Source: Utricularia gibba (taxonomy: Eukaryota; Plantae; Magnoliophyta). From it: 64,000 nucleotides of DNA. The notes beneath the pieces are model-generated. The model saw only the letters and a list, made by a program, of their open reading frames with translations, ran no database searches and was not told the origin of the DNA. This document shows, piece after piece, positions 13,060-26,900 of the stretch (positions within the stretch are counted from its first letter, which is position 1; every line of letters starts with the position of its first letter). Location: assembly GCA_002189035.1 (NCBI GenBank), contig CM007989.1:6696001-6760000 (forward strand), read 5' to 3'. The position numbers and the translations under genes are program-made.

Positions 13060-13565
13060 GCAGAACAAAGATTTTGTAGGGAAGAACGACTCCAGGACTC
13101 CAGGCTTGCAGTTGCACTAGCAGACTGACTGATTGGTCTTCACACCGCCGGAACTGTAGCAACCACAACGATTTCGGAATTCCATATCGTGAATTCCCTA
13201 GTTTTGTCTCGCTTAATTGCATACCATTGCAATGCACTTTTACACCCCGAGAGATTTCAAAGTGAGAAAATAATAATGAAAATGAGATTCGATAATTTTT
13301 AATTATAAATCAAATAACACAATGATCTTAAAATATTAACTGAAGATCATTCCCGTCGCACGCCAATTGTAACTTTCGGCTTTTATGCTGGTACACTGCG
13401 AGAAGAACGAACAACCAAATTGCGAGGGGTAGGAATTACCAAGTTGTGGTCAGAGAAGATGAAATCCGGGCTGCAACTTTACTATAACTCGAAGTTCCAC
13501 CCACTGTTAAGGTGTAAGTTCCATTGGCAAAGAAAGGGACAGCACGGGGTGAAGCAATACTCTGT

Positions 13566-16500
13566 TCAGATTATGGAAGCCAACCCGAGAGTATCTGGTT
13601 CATCACTGCCGGGTCCTGGAGCCGGGTTCAAAGTGCGAGGAGGTTTCACTGAACAGTTGATGATTAAAGTTTCAGCAGTGTTGGGCAATTCTCAGCACTC
13701 AAAAAAGAAGTGAAATCTGACTGTTGTGTTTACCTGTAACATTTGTGATGACATTTACGGTCTTTTGTGTTGCAAGGGCCCGCAACTTGTTTCCGGATGC
13801 TGTGATAAGAAGATTTCTCAGGAGCTGTTTCTGTTCCCTCGGGCTGCTTGTCTTAGACAAAGCTTCTTCAAAAGAATGAAGATCTTGGGGTGTGATGCAG
13901 GGGAGAGAGAGCAGGATCTGTGAACATTTACAGGTGCTTATGGTTTTCATGATGCAGAAGAGGAAGAAGAGAGGAAACAAGAGACGCATTACCAACCTGC
14001 CTGGGTGATTGATCTCTGGTGGACAGGTGGACAAAGATGTCCCGACAGAGACCAACTAAATCAGCACTTATAACAGCATTGGACTCGAGGGCCAAGCCAT
14101 GGATGATGGCCCCGAACAAATCTTTGCATACGAAATTTGTGAGTTCCGAGTTGCTGGTAGAAATTGTGATGAAAATGACTTGAGACCACAGAGGACAAAC
14201 TTTGGACATAGCTTCAGAATCAGTCCAACTGAAAGCTTCAATGCATATTTTCATGACTGGAACTGCAAGGCTTCTGCTGTTCAATAGAAATCTGTCAAAA
14301 AAATGCATAAAATCAATATTCGAAGCCTCAGAGCATGAGATGGTAACAAGAAAAGCCAGAAAAAGATCGAATGTTGAAGGACATACCCAATCAGAGATTT
14401 AGAAGCAAAGTCTTTCAAATCCGTCACAGAAGAATCAGCAGCAGCATGTGGAGTGGGCCCGGCCTGGTCTGGTGAAGTCAGTTCAGAATTAAGCGCCGAA
14501 GAAGCAAGGACAGAAAAAAGAGAAGATATTTCACGAGTCAGATTCCTAAGAAGCTTTTCCTCCATAATTTCCACCAAGTCCGAACCTGCGGGAACTCCTT
14601 GAAAGTCTGGAACTTTGGCTTTTCCGTCTTGCAAAAGGCCAGACCATGCCACACTAAGAGCGTGCCCAACATGGACAAGCAAAGGGTGCAGAAGCTTCTC
14701 CAACCACATCTCCCACATAACTGAGGGGCAGAACTTAACCATTGGAATCAACGATAAATGCACCATTTGCTTTACATGCCTGAAATCCATATACTGAACA
14801 TTCTCCATCAATGCTATAGTAACGGAATGTGAATCTATGCATCTGAAAAAAGAATCTCCGAGTGTTGCCGATAATCCTAGTATGGTATACCTGAGATTCA
14901 GAAAAGCAGTTAGCTGGGAAGTTGCAAAGAGAAGAATCTTGTACCCCTGTTAAAAAATGTAATATGACTGGAATGAAACACTAACACTTACCCACTCTCT
15001 CTTATCCCTCTCAACCAATTCCGTGTGTCAGCTTCTTTAGTCTCTGTAGAAGAGTCATCAAGAAAACTCGTGGCCCCCTTTGGTAGATTATGCTTTCCAT
15101 CCCCATAAAGACTCGTTCTCTCAACATCGCTGATAGTCATAGCCACCCTCATTCCTCCAGGTAGAGACTGGCAGATAGATGGTGACCATAGGGAATGTAT
15201 TGCACGCAGCAGCTAGAAGTTCATTTAGGATATAAACATCACTGAGTGATAATAATTTGCATAAAAAAGGAATGCTAAGCAATCTATATAAACTCACTTT
15301 CAGAAGAGGCGGCAGCATCCATATGAGATGAGAATCCATAGGATGACTAGGAGAAGATACTTTAGAACAATTTTCAGAACTCAGGCTACCTTTTCTCGAA
15401 CCACTTCTTTTAAGTGCCTTTTCAAAAAATGTAACCATATGGAATATGGACCACATGAAATGTGTGTCATTACATAGTCGACTTAAACCAGATGAGTCAC
15501 TCAAATATGCTTCTTGCCACTCAAGCTTGGTCCATTCTTTGCCCAAAGGCTCAAGCAACCAAAGCAAAACCTCTTGCTGTTGCTGGACCCTTCAGAAGTG
15601 TACAAGTCTCAGACAAAAATGAGAGAACAACATTTAATGAATTACTCAAGAATCTGAGATGATAAAATTACCCAGCCGAAGAGGCCATAATGAGAAATGC
15701 TTCACCAAGAAGATTTTGTTCTGCACGATGCAACACACCCTCAGATAGCAGTTGTGTCATTGTACTAGCAATGCCCTATAAAAGGTTATAAATTAGTTGA
15801 TTCACCTCCCTTTGTTGCCTTTGAAAGCAAAAATTACCAACCAAAAAAAAAAAAAAATAATGAAAGATACGGCACTATATATTACAGAATATCAATGGAT
15901 ATAGTGCCCAGCCTCATAAATAGCCAACAGTTATCGTTTTAATTGAGATTTAATATATTACCGTATATATCAATCAAAAGATACAATAAGTCACATTTTG
16001 TAGAATATTTTTCCATCCTAGTCAGAGAAAAATGTCTACCTTGATGTGGGGCAAGATGCTTTCATTAGCACTCTTTGCAATTCTAATGAAGGATGTACAT
16101 ATCTGCAATCTTGCATGGCGAGCAGCACTGATTGATGGATCCTACAGAAATATGCAATCCTTAAAAAACATGAACAAGTGTATTGAAACGTGGATTAGTA
16201 CTCAAGAGACAGGGTGACAACCTTGACCACGAAAGGCAGGGATGTTAAGAGTTCGAATAGTTTATTAATAACACTGCCAACAGCATCTGGGTAGTACCTC
16301 AGAAAAGGACCCAATGCGTCTAAATAATGACCAAGAGCTTCCACCAGTGCAGGTTCAGTCCATTTTAACATAATCAACTGTTCTAGCAATCCTTCATGTG
16401 AAAAGTATACTATCAAAGTCACATATAAATTATAAGTACCATAAAAAAATCTTTGTTTTTAGTACCATTAACGTATTGATTTAGAGTAAACTGGAATTCG

Positions 16501-19500
16501 GCATTCTTCAAATATTCATTTGATCCATCAAAAATAGAGGCGACAACATTTTCCAATGCCAGATGCATGCTCTCTATTATTGGTAAATCCTGCATCCAAA
16601 GATAACGTGTAATATAACTGATTAACAGAACAAGGCTCAATCTCAAGGGATAAATTACTGCATCGGGATGTACATCATAAGGCAGAGGGGCCCTGATAAC
16701 TTCAACAATTCTGGAGGAGACTTTAGCAGCAGCTACAAGAGGCCTTTCACATCCAATGAACCGGATCAATTCCAACTGCATGTGTGACAATTTGACACTA
16801 TAGCAGAAAATTGCTAACTGGAAACCCACATAGCATATGACTCGAAAAATGGATCCCACTAACAACCAAGAATAGGCTAAGGTATATTAAAAAAACCAAG
16901 AAAAAACTGTTTGTGGAGTGTTCTTACCAGTCGAGAGCGGTATTGACCAAAATCCACTTTGCTGTCAAAGTCATCACTCCACAGTTCCAAGTTCCCAAGA
17001 GATGAAATTATACCAGGATGAACCTTTTCTTTCTTCAGCATGCGTAGAAAAGAGATGTCTAACATGGTGCTGCACATATCATCAGTTACCATGGATAAAA
17101 CCCTTCTCTTTTCATTGGTAGTAGCTTGTTCAGAAGACACATTTGAGTTTCCAACCAAATTCACTTTTGTTTTGGATATAAAATTTCGCAAAAAGGACTG
17201 TAACATCATGAAGCAAAATCATTAGTACCATACAAGGTATGTATTGTACACTATTAAGGAAGAGATGAACAAAGGGTTTACCAGCCAAAACAACAAAGAT
17301 TGGTAGTGAAGAGCCAACTTATGGTGCTGGAAGAAGAACAGCATCTAAAAAGATTCCAGAAATAAATTAAAAAGTGAGAAGTGAAGGGATGCATTACAAC
17401 CAAGAGACCATTCCACCACAACAACCATGTCCTCTGTTGGATCAACAAAAAATAATGTCCCCGATATTGAGAATACTCCAACTTCCATCCACATCAATAC
17501 ATACATAAATATTTTTTTGGTGAATACTAGAAACATGCACACCCTAATTTATCGTACCCAGTGGCTCAAACCTGTGAAGGTCCATTGGATGACTCCATTA
17601 ATGTAATTTAATTATACAAATAAGGCCTATTATGCACAGGCTCTTTAAAATGGATCTAGTGCGTTAATTATGCAGCAGAAAATGGAGAAAAAAATTTTTA
17701 TTGCATTTCAGCATAGAGGATCAGTGGCTCCATATGTTCGAACCAAACACAGGAATCTTGAATGAAACGCTTCATATGTCCAGCAAAAGACAAAGTATTC
17801 TAGGGAAAACATTGGAAGCTTGCTTTAAAGCAACAAATCCATATTACACCACTCAAAAGAAGAAAGTACTGAAACACTGGGGAAAACCTCCTACCAAAGC
17901 ATCAATTCTAGTGCGAATGTAGGAGATGCATAATGACAGTCAGCTGCTCTAATTCAAAAAAAACATGAATCATGTTCATTAATTCATGTTCATAAATTCA
18001 AGAAGTGAAGATAATGAAATATAACCTGTTGAAGGTAAAATGCAAGAAACTGGACGTCATCTCCAATACTTGGCAGGTTTGCAGACCCCAATGAAACCAA
18101 GCATTCGCATATATATTCAGCAAACTCAAAATCGGTTTCACTGCAGTCAGAGGATGGCTTCCTGAAGAAGTCCTTAGCAGCATTCATTAAGATATGGCAT
18201 ACAGTCCTCATCGCAAGATCAAACCCAGAAGCATCATCATGGGGTCTTTTTCTAGAGAAAGGAGTCCAATGGATATCAAAAAAGTTAAAAAAAAATGCAG
18301 AATAACTAAGGCAAGAGAGAAACTGACCTTGATGATACAAGTTTAAAAAACTCACATGCATGAACACGATAATCAGGAGAAGTGAGTAAGTATCCACACC
18401 TACTTGTCAAAAAGAGGTCAGAAATGAAATTCGCGAAATCCAAATATCAAACGTCAGTTGTATGGAATCAGCAGCGATACCCTTGTATTATTCCATGATG
18501 TGCAAGATCAGGTAATGGCGCCCATTCAGCATATGCAGTAATCGCATTAATAGCAGCAATCACTGCTGTATAGTGCTGCTTTGCAACATCCATTTTCTGA
18601 TTACCAGCTTCCATAATTGCAGAACCGTAGTGTCTTTCTAGCAACTATAAGAGAGGATTTAGATGGCATCATGCAGGAGAGACCCACAATCAAAACAAGA
18701 TAACGGAGGTAATGAAAACTTACTGCATATATTAAGGATAAAATTTCAGGCAAGGACTGACTTAGGTCACGTAGCAAAATCCTGCGTCTATCACCTAATC
18801 AGAAGCATTGTAGCAATGGTAAACAAATCAATCAGATCAGCACAAGAATGCTCATGACATAATGATTTAAGAAAAAAAACATGATTGTTTCATTCATTTT
18901 AAGTGTAAAAATAAGACTCAGACTTTAAAAAGAGGAAAACAAAAAAAGACAGGCAAATTTCACCAAATCGGCAGTGACATTGCATTTAAAGAACATTCTG
19001 GGTGTCAAAGGTTAGCAGAAGTAATGATGACACTTAGGCCGAAAAAAACAAAAACCTTCCAAATCTTCATTGTGAACAGTAATATCTTCAGGAAGCCACC
19101 TAAAGATCATCAATACCAGCTCCGCCTAGCAAAAAAAAAAATCAGGTTCTTCATAAAAAAAACGTGTTCAGAAAGGACATCTCTGGCCAACATTCATTAC
19201 AGATACATAGCATGCCAGAAACCAAATGCACTTCACCGGTTGCTGGACAGTAAATCTTTCACCAAAGAATGGATCATGTGAATTAAGTAACAAAACCAAA
19301 ATAGAAGGACCATCACCTGAAGGGGACCTGAATCTGCGAGAGATATTACAGAAGGAAAAAGTTCCCGCCATAGACTTAAGCTTTCTCTCCTAAGTATCTG
19401 AAAAAAATATGCTCATTATGAACAAGCATTGAACGCTCTAGGAAAAGCAGATAGAAATGACAGTATTCAACCTCAGCCACAAGAGCGGCTGTCTGACTTT

Positions 19501-20278
19501 TCAAGGGCCATCCTTCACTAGGGTTAGCGATTTCAGATATTAATTTTACGGCTTGACTAGCGAACTCTCTCTGCTCTGGATGAGTTAATTCTTCCCAACG
19601 AAGTCGAACCAGATGCTGGCATAGACACGCATGGAACATACTTAAGCAGAAGTATTAAACTAAACTTAAATGTTGTATATAAAAAAAGAATGAACAAATA
19701 ACACAACTGGAGTGCAGTATAAGTTAATTTCACTGCCTCATACACCATACTAACTTAAAGTGACCCGATAAATTGCGATGAACCCAAACTGCCGCCTAAC
19801 ATGTACCTGGAGCATTTTAAAACCATGTAACCGAATTTCAGAAGGCCAATCTCTCCTGACCAATGAAAATGCAACATTGGCCAAAACGCGAGCGTCCCCT
19901 GCTTTTACCTGGATAGGTAGAATGAAAGAAAAATTACATGCACGCGCGTCTACATGACAGTAGTACATACAGAATAAAGTAAACAATGACCAAGTAGAGT
20001 CAAGAACGCCCATTGATGATTAATTTTCGGAAAAAAAAAAAAGCGGATCGAGATCATAGTCAATGGCTTCGGGGAGGTTTCTCAATTATCACCAACGGTT
20101 GATACCCAATACTCTCAAGAACTATGTTGCACAAAGTTCATTTTACACAAAATCTATGCAAAAAGCTTACAGTCTCTATGTACGAGTGAGCGGCGACGCG
20201 AGCATCGGCGGATGACGTCCAGTCCAAAGCTGTGGCTATGGCTCTGGCCACATTGTTTGCGATTCCGTGGTCATCCAT
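13566..20278 (-). CDS. HST: HASTY, exportin-5 ortholog
   Basis: About 22 exons walked in frame without a break. Starts MDDHGIANNVARAI, with EIRLHGFKMLQHLVRLRWEEL, LKSQTAALVAE, RWLPEDITVHNEDLEGDRRR, HARLQICTSFIRIAK. Ends LGLASII* at 13566. Confidence 0.95.
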
Positions 20279-20500
20279 TTTTCCTTTCCCTGGCTTTATT
20301 TTTGCAACCACCGCGGCTCTTCAAAACAAGAATCTAGAACTTACAGAAGAGAAGGTGGTGGCATACAATATCTAGGGCTTTGCGGAGACTCGAAATTGCT
20401 TGGGCTCAAGGCTTCTGAATGCCATCTATGCTTTACAGTATTGAAGTGCTCCGAAAGTAAAGGAGAAAAGTTTAAAAATGTGTAGAAATTTCATAACTAC

Positions 20501-20670
20501 TTTTACCTTATTCCATGAATCCCTCCCGATTTCGAGGTCACGGTGATTTTTATTACAAAAGAGAGATGGTAAAAAATGGGGCTTTGACTGTGATTCTTTT
20601 TTTTACCTTATTCCGATTAATTATTAAATGATTTGACGGTCATTGTTATTACAAAGAGAGAAATGGCTTG
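20501..20670. repeat. Degenerate ~100-bp tandem duplication in the HASTY/MON2 divergent promoter
   Basis: Exact ttttaccttattcc at 20501-20514 and 20601-20614. Each copy is followed by a similar acggt.att.ttattacaaa(a)gagag..atgg block. Confidence 0.65.
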
Positions 20671-20901
20671 GGGGTCTAACGTTAAATCAAGCGTGGAATT
20701 TCTACATTAACGGTCGGAATCGAGACCCAAGAGATCGATCGCGATCGGAGGTACTCGCTTCAGTTGTTAGAATACAAATGCACCGCCGCTGATGCAGATC
20801 TGTTATATCTCTGAGCCGAGTGTCAGAGTGCGAGTTGGTTTATGCATTGATATCCATCGGCACTTGGCACAACAAGAGGAAAAGGTTTGAGTGTCCTGAG
20901 T

Positions 20902-23900
20902 ATGGCGGCGTTCATGTCGGCTTTGGAGTCGGATCTAAGGGCTCTTTCAGCGGAAGCCCGGCGGCGTTATCCTGCGGTCAAGGATGCTGCTGAACATGCG
21001 ATCTTGAAGGTATTTTTCGTTTGCTGTTACTTCGAGTTATGATATTGGCCTCAGTGGACTGTGGTGAATTGTATTTTGGAACTAATGTTATGGTTTCAAC
21101 TTCGTACCTTAGTGGTCAACTTGCGTTTTGTGTGTTAATGTGTTCTGATGGCACACATCTGAGTTTGTTCTTGATTCAGCTTCGATCGCTCGCAAGCCCA
21201 GATGAGATTGTCCACAACGAGGAAATTCCGAGGATGTTTGTGATGGCTTGTGAAGTCAAAAATGCGAAATTGAGCGTGATTGGGCTGTCTTGTCTGCAAA
21301 AACTCATTTCTCATGATGCAATTGCTCCTTCTGCCGTGAATGAAATCCTAACCACGCTGAAAGAAGTATGACGGAGTTATGCAGTAGTCTGTGTTGGAGA
21401 ACATTATGCTAGCTTGTACTTGTTTTATGGAATTGTGCTGCAGTGCGTTCTCTCAGAAGAGATGATGTTATTTTCTTATTTATGCTAACTATGCCGATTT
21501 GATTTGTTTCTCTAGCCTGTTCTGAATATCTTCTGAGTTTTTGTTTTGATGGCTTTCTATTCTACAATTAGCGGACACTGGACCTCTCTCTTGATCTCGC
21601 CTTCGTTTTCTTTTTCCCAGCATAGTGAGATGTCGGACGAGACCATTCATCTTAAAACCCTGCAAACTATTCTTGTGATGTTTCAATCTCGTCTACAGCC
21701 TAATGATGAGGTAATACTAATCCCTTTCAATCATACATTGATATATCTGTATCTCATGTTTTCAGATTGCACTTTAATTAGGTTCAGCCACCAATCACTA
21801 TTTTGAAGTGCGCAACAGATTTCGATGCTTTCATTTCTTTTGATATATGCCATCAATTTCTTGGTTTTTCTTGATTTTTCTCCAGTCTGATTTTAGGGTT
21901 TATGATACCTGTCCAAAAGCTCCGAAAGTTGTTTAAATGTATTGTTTTTGTCCTGATTTATCTAGTCCTATCACATGGAATTGCATATGCTTATTTGGAA
22001 AATGAGGCTAGGAAAAAAGTTGTTTCTCTTGATATTTTCCATGAGTTGTGGTCACTTGTTTGTTTTATTTCATCTATCGTTATAAGTAATGTGACTGGAT
22101 ATTTTAGTCCATTGTGGTTATCTGGTGTGTATATCCTTAAACTTTTCTTCATTTCAGGAGAACATGGCTAATGCTCTTGGGATCTGCCTTCGGCTCCTAG
22201 AAAGCAATAGGTCATCTGATAGTGTGAAGAAGTAAGCTGCCATTTCCTGATGCATATTTCACCTAAATCCAGTAATTTGCAAACCAAGTCTCACAACTTG
22301 TATCCAAATAAAGCAACCCATGATCATGCATACCAGTGGTCTCCTATTTGTTTTTACTCTAAGGGGTGTTTTCTGACCATTAGGTGTCCTGTCTATGCGA
22401 GAAATGGTAAAAAAATTGCTTTCCTCCAACTTTTCTTTTGTTCCACTGTGCTTGTTAAGGATGGTGCGAATTTGTAATGACCCACTTTGCGGGTTGGCCC
22501 TTCATGCTCAATCAAGGAAAATACGCTGATCAAGTATTTTGAGCACTGAGCGTAAAGCCTTTCATCTTGGGAGGAAATTTGACTTGCATTTTGATGTGTG
22601 GGACGTCCAACTTAATTTGTTTGGCCAGATCCATAGATGACGGGGATAACAACAATTCCATAAGAAAATTCTCTTTGAAAATATAAAAGAAATTCATATT
22701 TGGGACTGAGTTTTGCACCATCTGTTCTTTAGCTTTTTCATCTTCTGTTGTTTTAATTATTTTTTGCAGTACTGCTGCAGCAACATTCAGACAAGCAGTT
22801 GCATTGATTTTTGATCATGTGGTTATTGCGGAGTCACTGCCGGCCGGAAGACTGGGCTTTGGGGACATGTTTCTCGATCAGTTGTAACCAGTGATATCAA
22901 TCATAACATTAAGCAGCTCGAGTATGTGAAGCTCCTTTTTTATATTCTATAAAGTTGTATTTGATCACTTAATAGTTAAAAAAAAATTGGTGGAATAGTT
23001 GTTGACGTCTGTTTGAACCTGGTAGGTTGCTTGATTTGGAGATTAGTTCTGATGGGCCTTCATCAATGCGGGACACTGTTACTGAAACTGGGAATCTTGG
23101 GCTTCACTTGCTTGAAGACTTGGCAACTCTTGCTGCAGGTGGATCTGTATGTGCTAGATCTGAATCATTTTTCATGATTTTTTGCATTCATTAATAATTA
23201 GCATGTTATTGTTGATATTTTTCAAAACATTATCAAATGTGTTTTGGTTTTCTTTTCAGGGGGTTTGGCTCCAGTTTGGTTCTGTACATCGATCATTTGC
23301 ACTAGAGCTACTTGAGTGAGAACTTTATCATTGTTTGCTATTTTATGAGTTAGTGTGGATTTCTCTTTGAAAGTTTTTGTCATCATAAATGTGTTAATTA
23401 TTCATGCATCCAAAGGAACGTGGCCTAGCATTGTGTTGTGTTGCGCACTGTATTTATTCGGTCAAGAACACACCTATTTTCTGGTTTCAGGTTCATACTC
23501 TCAAATTATGTGGTGCTTTTCAAGAGACTGATCCCTTTTGAACAGGTGTTGATCAAAAGTTTATGATTAGAGTTTTTGTAGTGTTTAATACTGTACTTGT
23601 CTAATAAATATTGAATTGACAGGTTCTGCGTTACAAAATATGCTCACTACTCATGACATCACTCCGCACAAACTCTGAGGTTCTTCCAATTCTTGTTGCA
23701 GTTATTTATTCTCCTCCCTGTATTTTTATTCATATATGATATTATGCTAGATTGAAGGAGAAATAGGAGAACCATTCTTTCGCCGGCTTGTGTTACGTTC
23801 AGTAGCCCATATTGTCAAGCTTTATTGTTCGTCTCTGACCACTGAATCTGAGGTACCACACTCCTTCATAGTCAGATGCTGTCAAAATTAATGTATGAAG

Positions 23901-26900
23901 TTGATGGAAAAATGTAATATTTTTTAGTGAAAGTAGAAGTTGAGATTTGATGTAAAAATTGTGTTCTGTGCTCCTAGTGTATAGAAATCCTGCATTTGTT
24001 CTGAGCTTCATTTCTAATTCACAATGAATTTTTCTATCCTCAAACTTAAGCTCCTTGAGGGAATCACCTTTTACTAACATGGCCTTTTCTTCTAACTTTC
24101 TTTATTTATCTTTTGGAACAACAGGTGTTCCTCAGTATGTTAGTAAGACTTGTTACTCTTGATTTACCACTTTGGCATCGAATTCTGGTCCTGGAAATTT
24201 TAAGGGTAATACTGGGCATCCAGCAATGTAAGGAATGCTATCTTAATATCCTGTCAATATTTTGACGTTTCTTAATGTTGCAGGGTTTTTGTGTGGAATC
24301 GCGGACACTAAGAAGTCTTTTCCAGAATTTTGATCAGTAAGGACTTTGAGTCCGTCACTTGGTATTTTTCATGTAACTAAGGGACCATTTAAAGAAAGTT
24401 GTTAATTTAGTATTTACCTTTAAGGCGGTCAAATAATCCATCATGGTTACCTGAATGTTTGTTATTGAAAGACAAAGCAGAGGCTGTCATTTTGGGTTCT
24501 CATTTGTTTGTTTTCGCATTAAAAGGTGCAGTAGTGAATATGCATTGCAGTCTAGATCCAATAAGGTGGCTTTTTGTATTTGTCATCCAGCAACCCCAAT
24601 AACTCAAATGTGATTGAGGACATGGTGAAGGCTCTTGCTCGAGTAGTTTCAAATGTCCAGGTTGGTGATCCTCTGTTCGCAGTCAACATTATTTACTCTC
24701 GTTCCTTACCATTTTGGACCTTTAAGGTCACTTGTAAACTGCCCAAAAAAAATTCCAATTTCCATAGCTAGTATCTAAGTTTTTAGTTTCTTTTTGTAAA
24801 TTGATGTAGCACCTTGAATTTGGAGAGGAAAGTCTTGCAGCTGTTGCCGGAATGTTCAGCAGTAAAGCCAGAGGTATGCTACATGCTTTTGGATTGACAG
24901 CTCAAGCGAGAAATAGAAAATTTTCTTTCATAAAAATTGGGGATATTTCTTCTTACCTGTATTAGAATCAGTTGTTTTTACTGAGAATTATAAAATAATT
25001 CAGATTCCATAATACACAACGCTTCCATGTACAATCCATTGTGCCTATTCACATAAATTCTTGTATCTGTTTCAATGATCGCAATCATTTTCTGAAGAAC
25101 TAATGAGGCGGTGTGACTACTGCTCTTGTGTCAGGAATTGAGTGGATCTTAGATGCTGATGCATCAAATGCTACTGTATTGGTTGCAAGTGAAGCACATG
25201 CTATTACTCTAGCAATTGAGGGTCTTTTGGGAGTCGTATTTGCTATTGCAACATTGACAGACAAAGCTGTGGATGATGGTGAGGTATGCCGTAAAAGCAA
25301 ATTTATCTTAACCTTTTTTGTCTATAAATTGCCGTATTTATGGTTCATTTTATATTGGAGAAATCAGTTGGAGTCGCCAAGATGTTGCACTGCCTCACCT
25401 GAAAAATGCATTGGCAGAACAGCAGTACTTTGCATGTCTATGGTTGAGTCTATGTGGCTTATTATTCTGGATGCATTGTCACTCATTTTGATGAAGTAAG
25501 TCAGAAATGATGATTACTTTCACCTTTATTTTTTTTAAATTTAACTCTTCCTGATGGTCATTATCTTTCTAGGTCACAAGGTGAAGCTATCATACTGGAG
25601 ATACTGAAAGGTTACCAGGCTTTTACACAGGTGATTAGGACACAATTTTTTTTATTGTCAAGGGAGGTGGTAGTAATAAGCTATTTAATGGTATATTAAG
25701 GTGAGCCTTTGTGTTATGGTTGGAAAGATTGGAAAAATCATCTGCTTGAATATCATCAGGCCCGTGAAGGCTTTCAACATGTCTTCGTGTCCTAATCTGT
25801 ACACATTGTTTAGAATAGTGATCAATGACAAGGATATTGCAATTAATAGCAAGTGGAATATCTTCTATATGTCTAAGTGTTAAATCCTTTTCCTTATGGT
25901 GAAATAACCGACCCTAGTTTCATCCTCAAATGCTTAATTTCTCTGTGCAGGCATGTGGAGTTCTTCATGCTGTAGAACCTTTGAATTCATTCCTTGCTTC
26001 CCTTTGCAAATTCACTATCCATATCCCCGTTGAAGTTGAAAAGAGAAGGCATGCTTTCTGAAATTTTAGAGATTGTGATTCTTTGTTCACAAAATGCTCG
26101 TCACCATGCACTCACTATTGTCTTGACTTGAAATATATGTTTAATGTTCACCATGCAATCACTAATTGTCTCTGAAAGCCAACTGAGGTCGCAACATTTC
26201 TTTTAGATGATAGAATATTTTAGTTACACCGTCCTCTCTTAAGGAAAAATGCTGCTTTTAGTTCTATTATTTTTTTGTCCATGACAGAGACCTTAAACTG
26301 GTGCATCTTAGATTTTTAAAGGATCCTAAGATATGGAATTTTGTGGGAGGGTTTTTAGATAAAGAGACTTCAAGTGCTATATGTTTTAACTTTATGCTCG
26401 AGTATTCTTGTAAACAATCAATCAATCATGTGCAGTCTGGTGCAGTCCCCTAGTTCCAAACGATCTCAGCAGTTCGCTGACCAGAAAGAAGGCATGATTC
26501 TGACTCCCAAAAACGTGCAGGTTGATCTGCTCATTGTCTTTAAACTCCAAATCTGGTTTCTTGATTCAAGGAATGCCTATTTTTAACCAAGACTCTTGCA
26601 AGTTGTGTGTGTTCTGAACATTTGTAGTTTTTTTTGTGAATCTACCTACACAGGCCCTCAGAACTCTCTTCAACATAGCCCACAGATTGCAGAATGTGCT
26701 GGGTCCCTCATGGGTTTTGGTGTGTTACAGTTTTCTTTGATTTTACAGCGATCTCGTGTCCTATTTACTTTATATTTTGCAGGTTCTGGAAACACTTTCT
26801 GTACTTGACCAAGCAATTCATTCTCCGCATGCAACAGCACAGGTCCTATTGAATTCCTTGATCTCCGAAACCCAGATGTTATATTACTATGGACAGTCTT

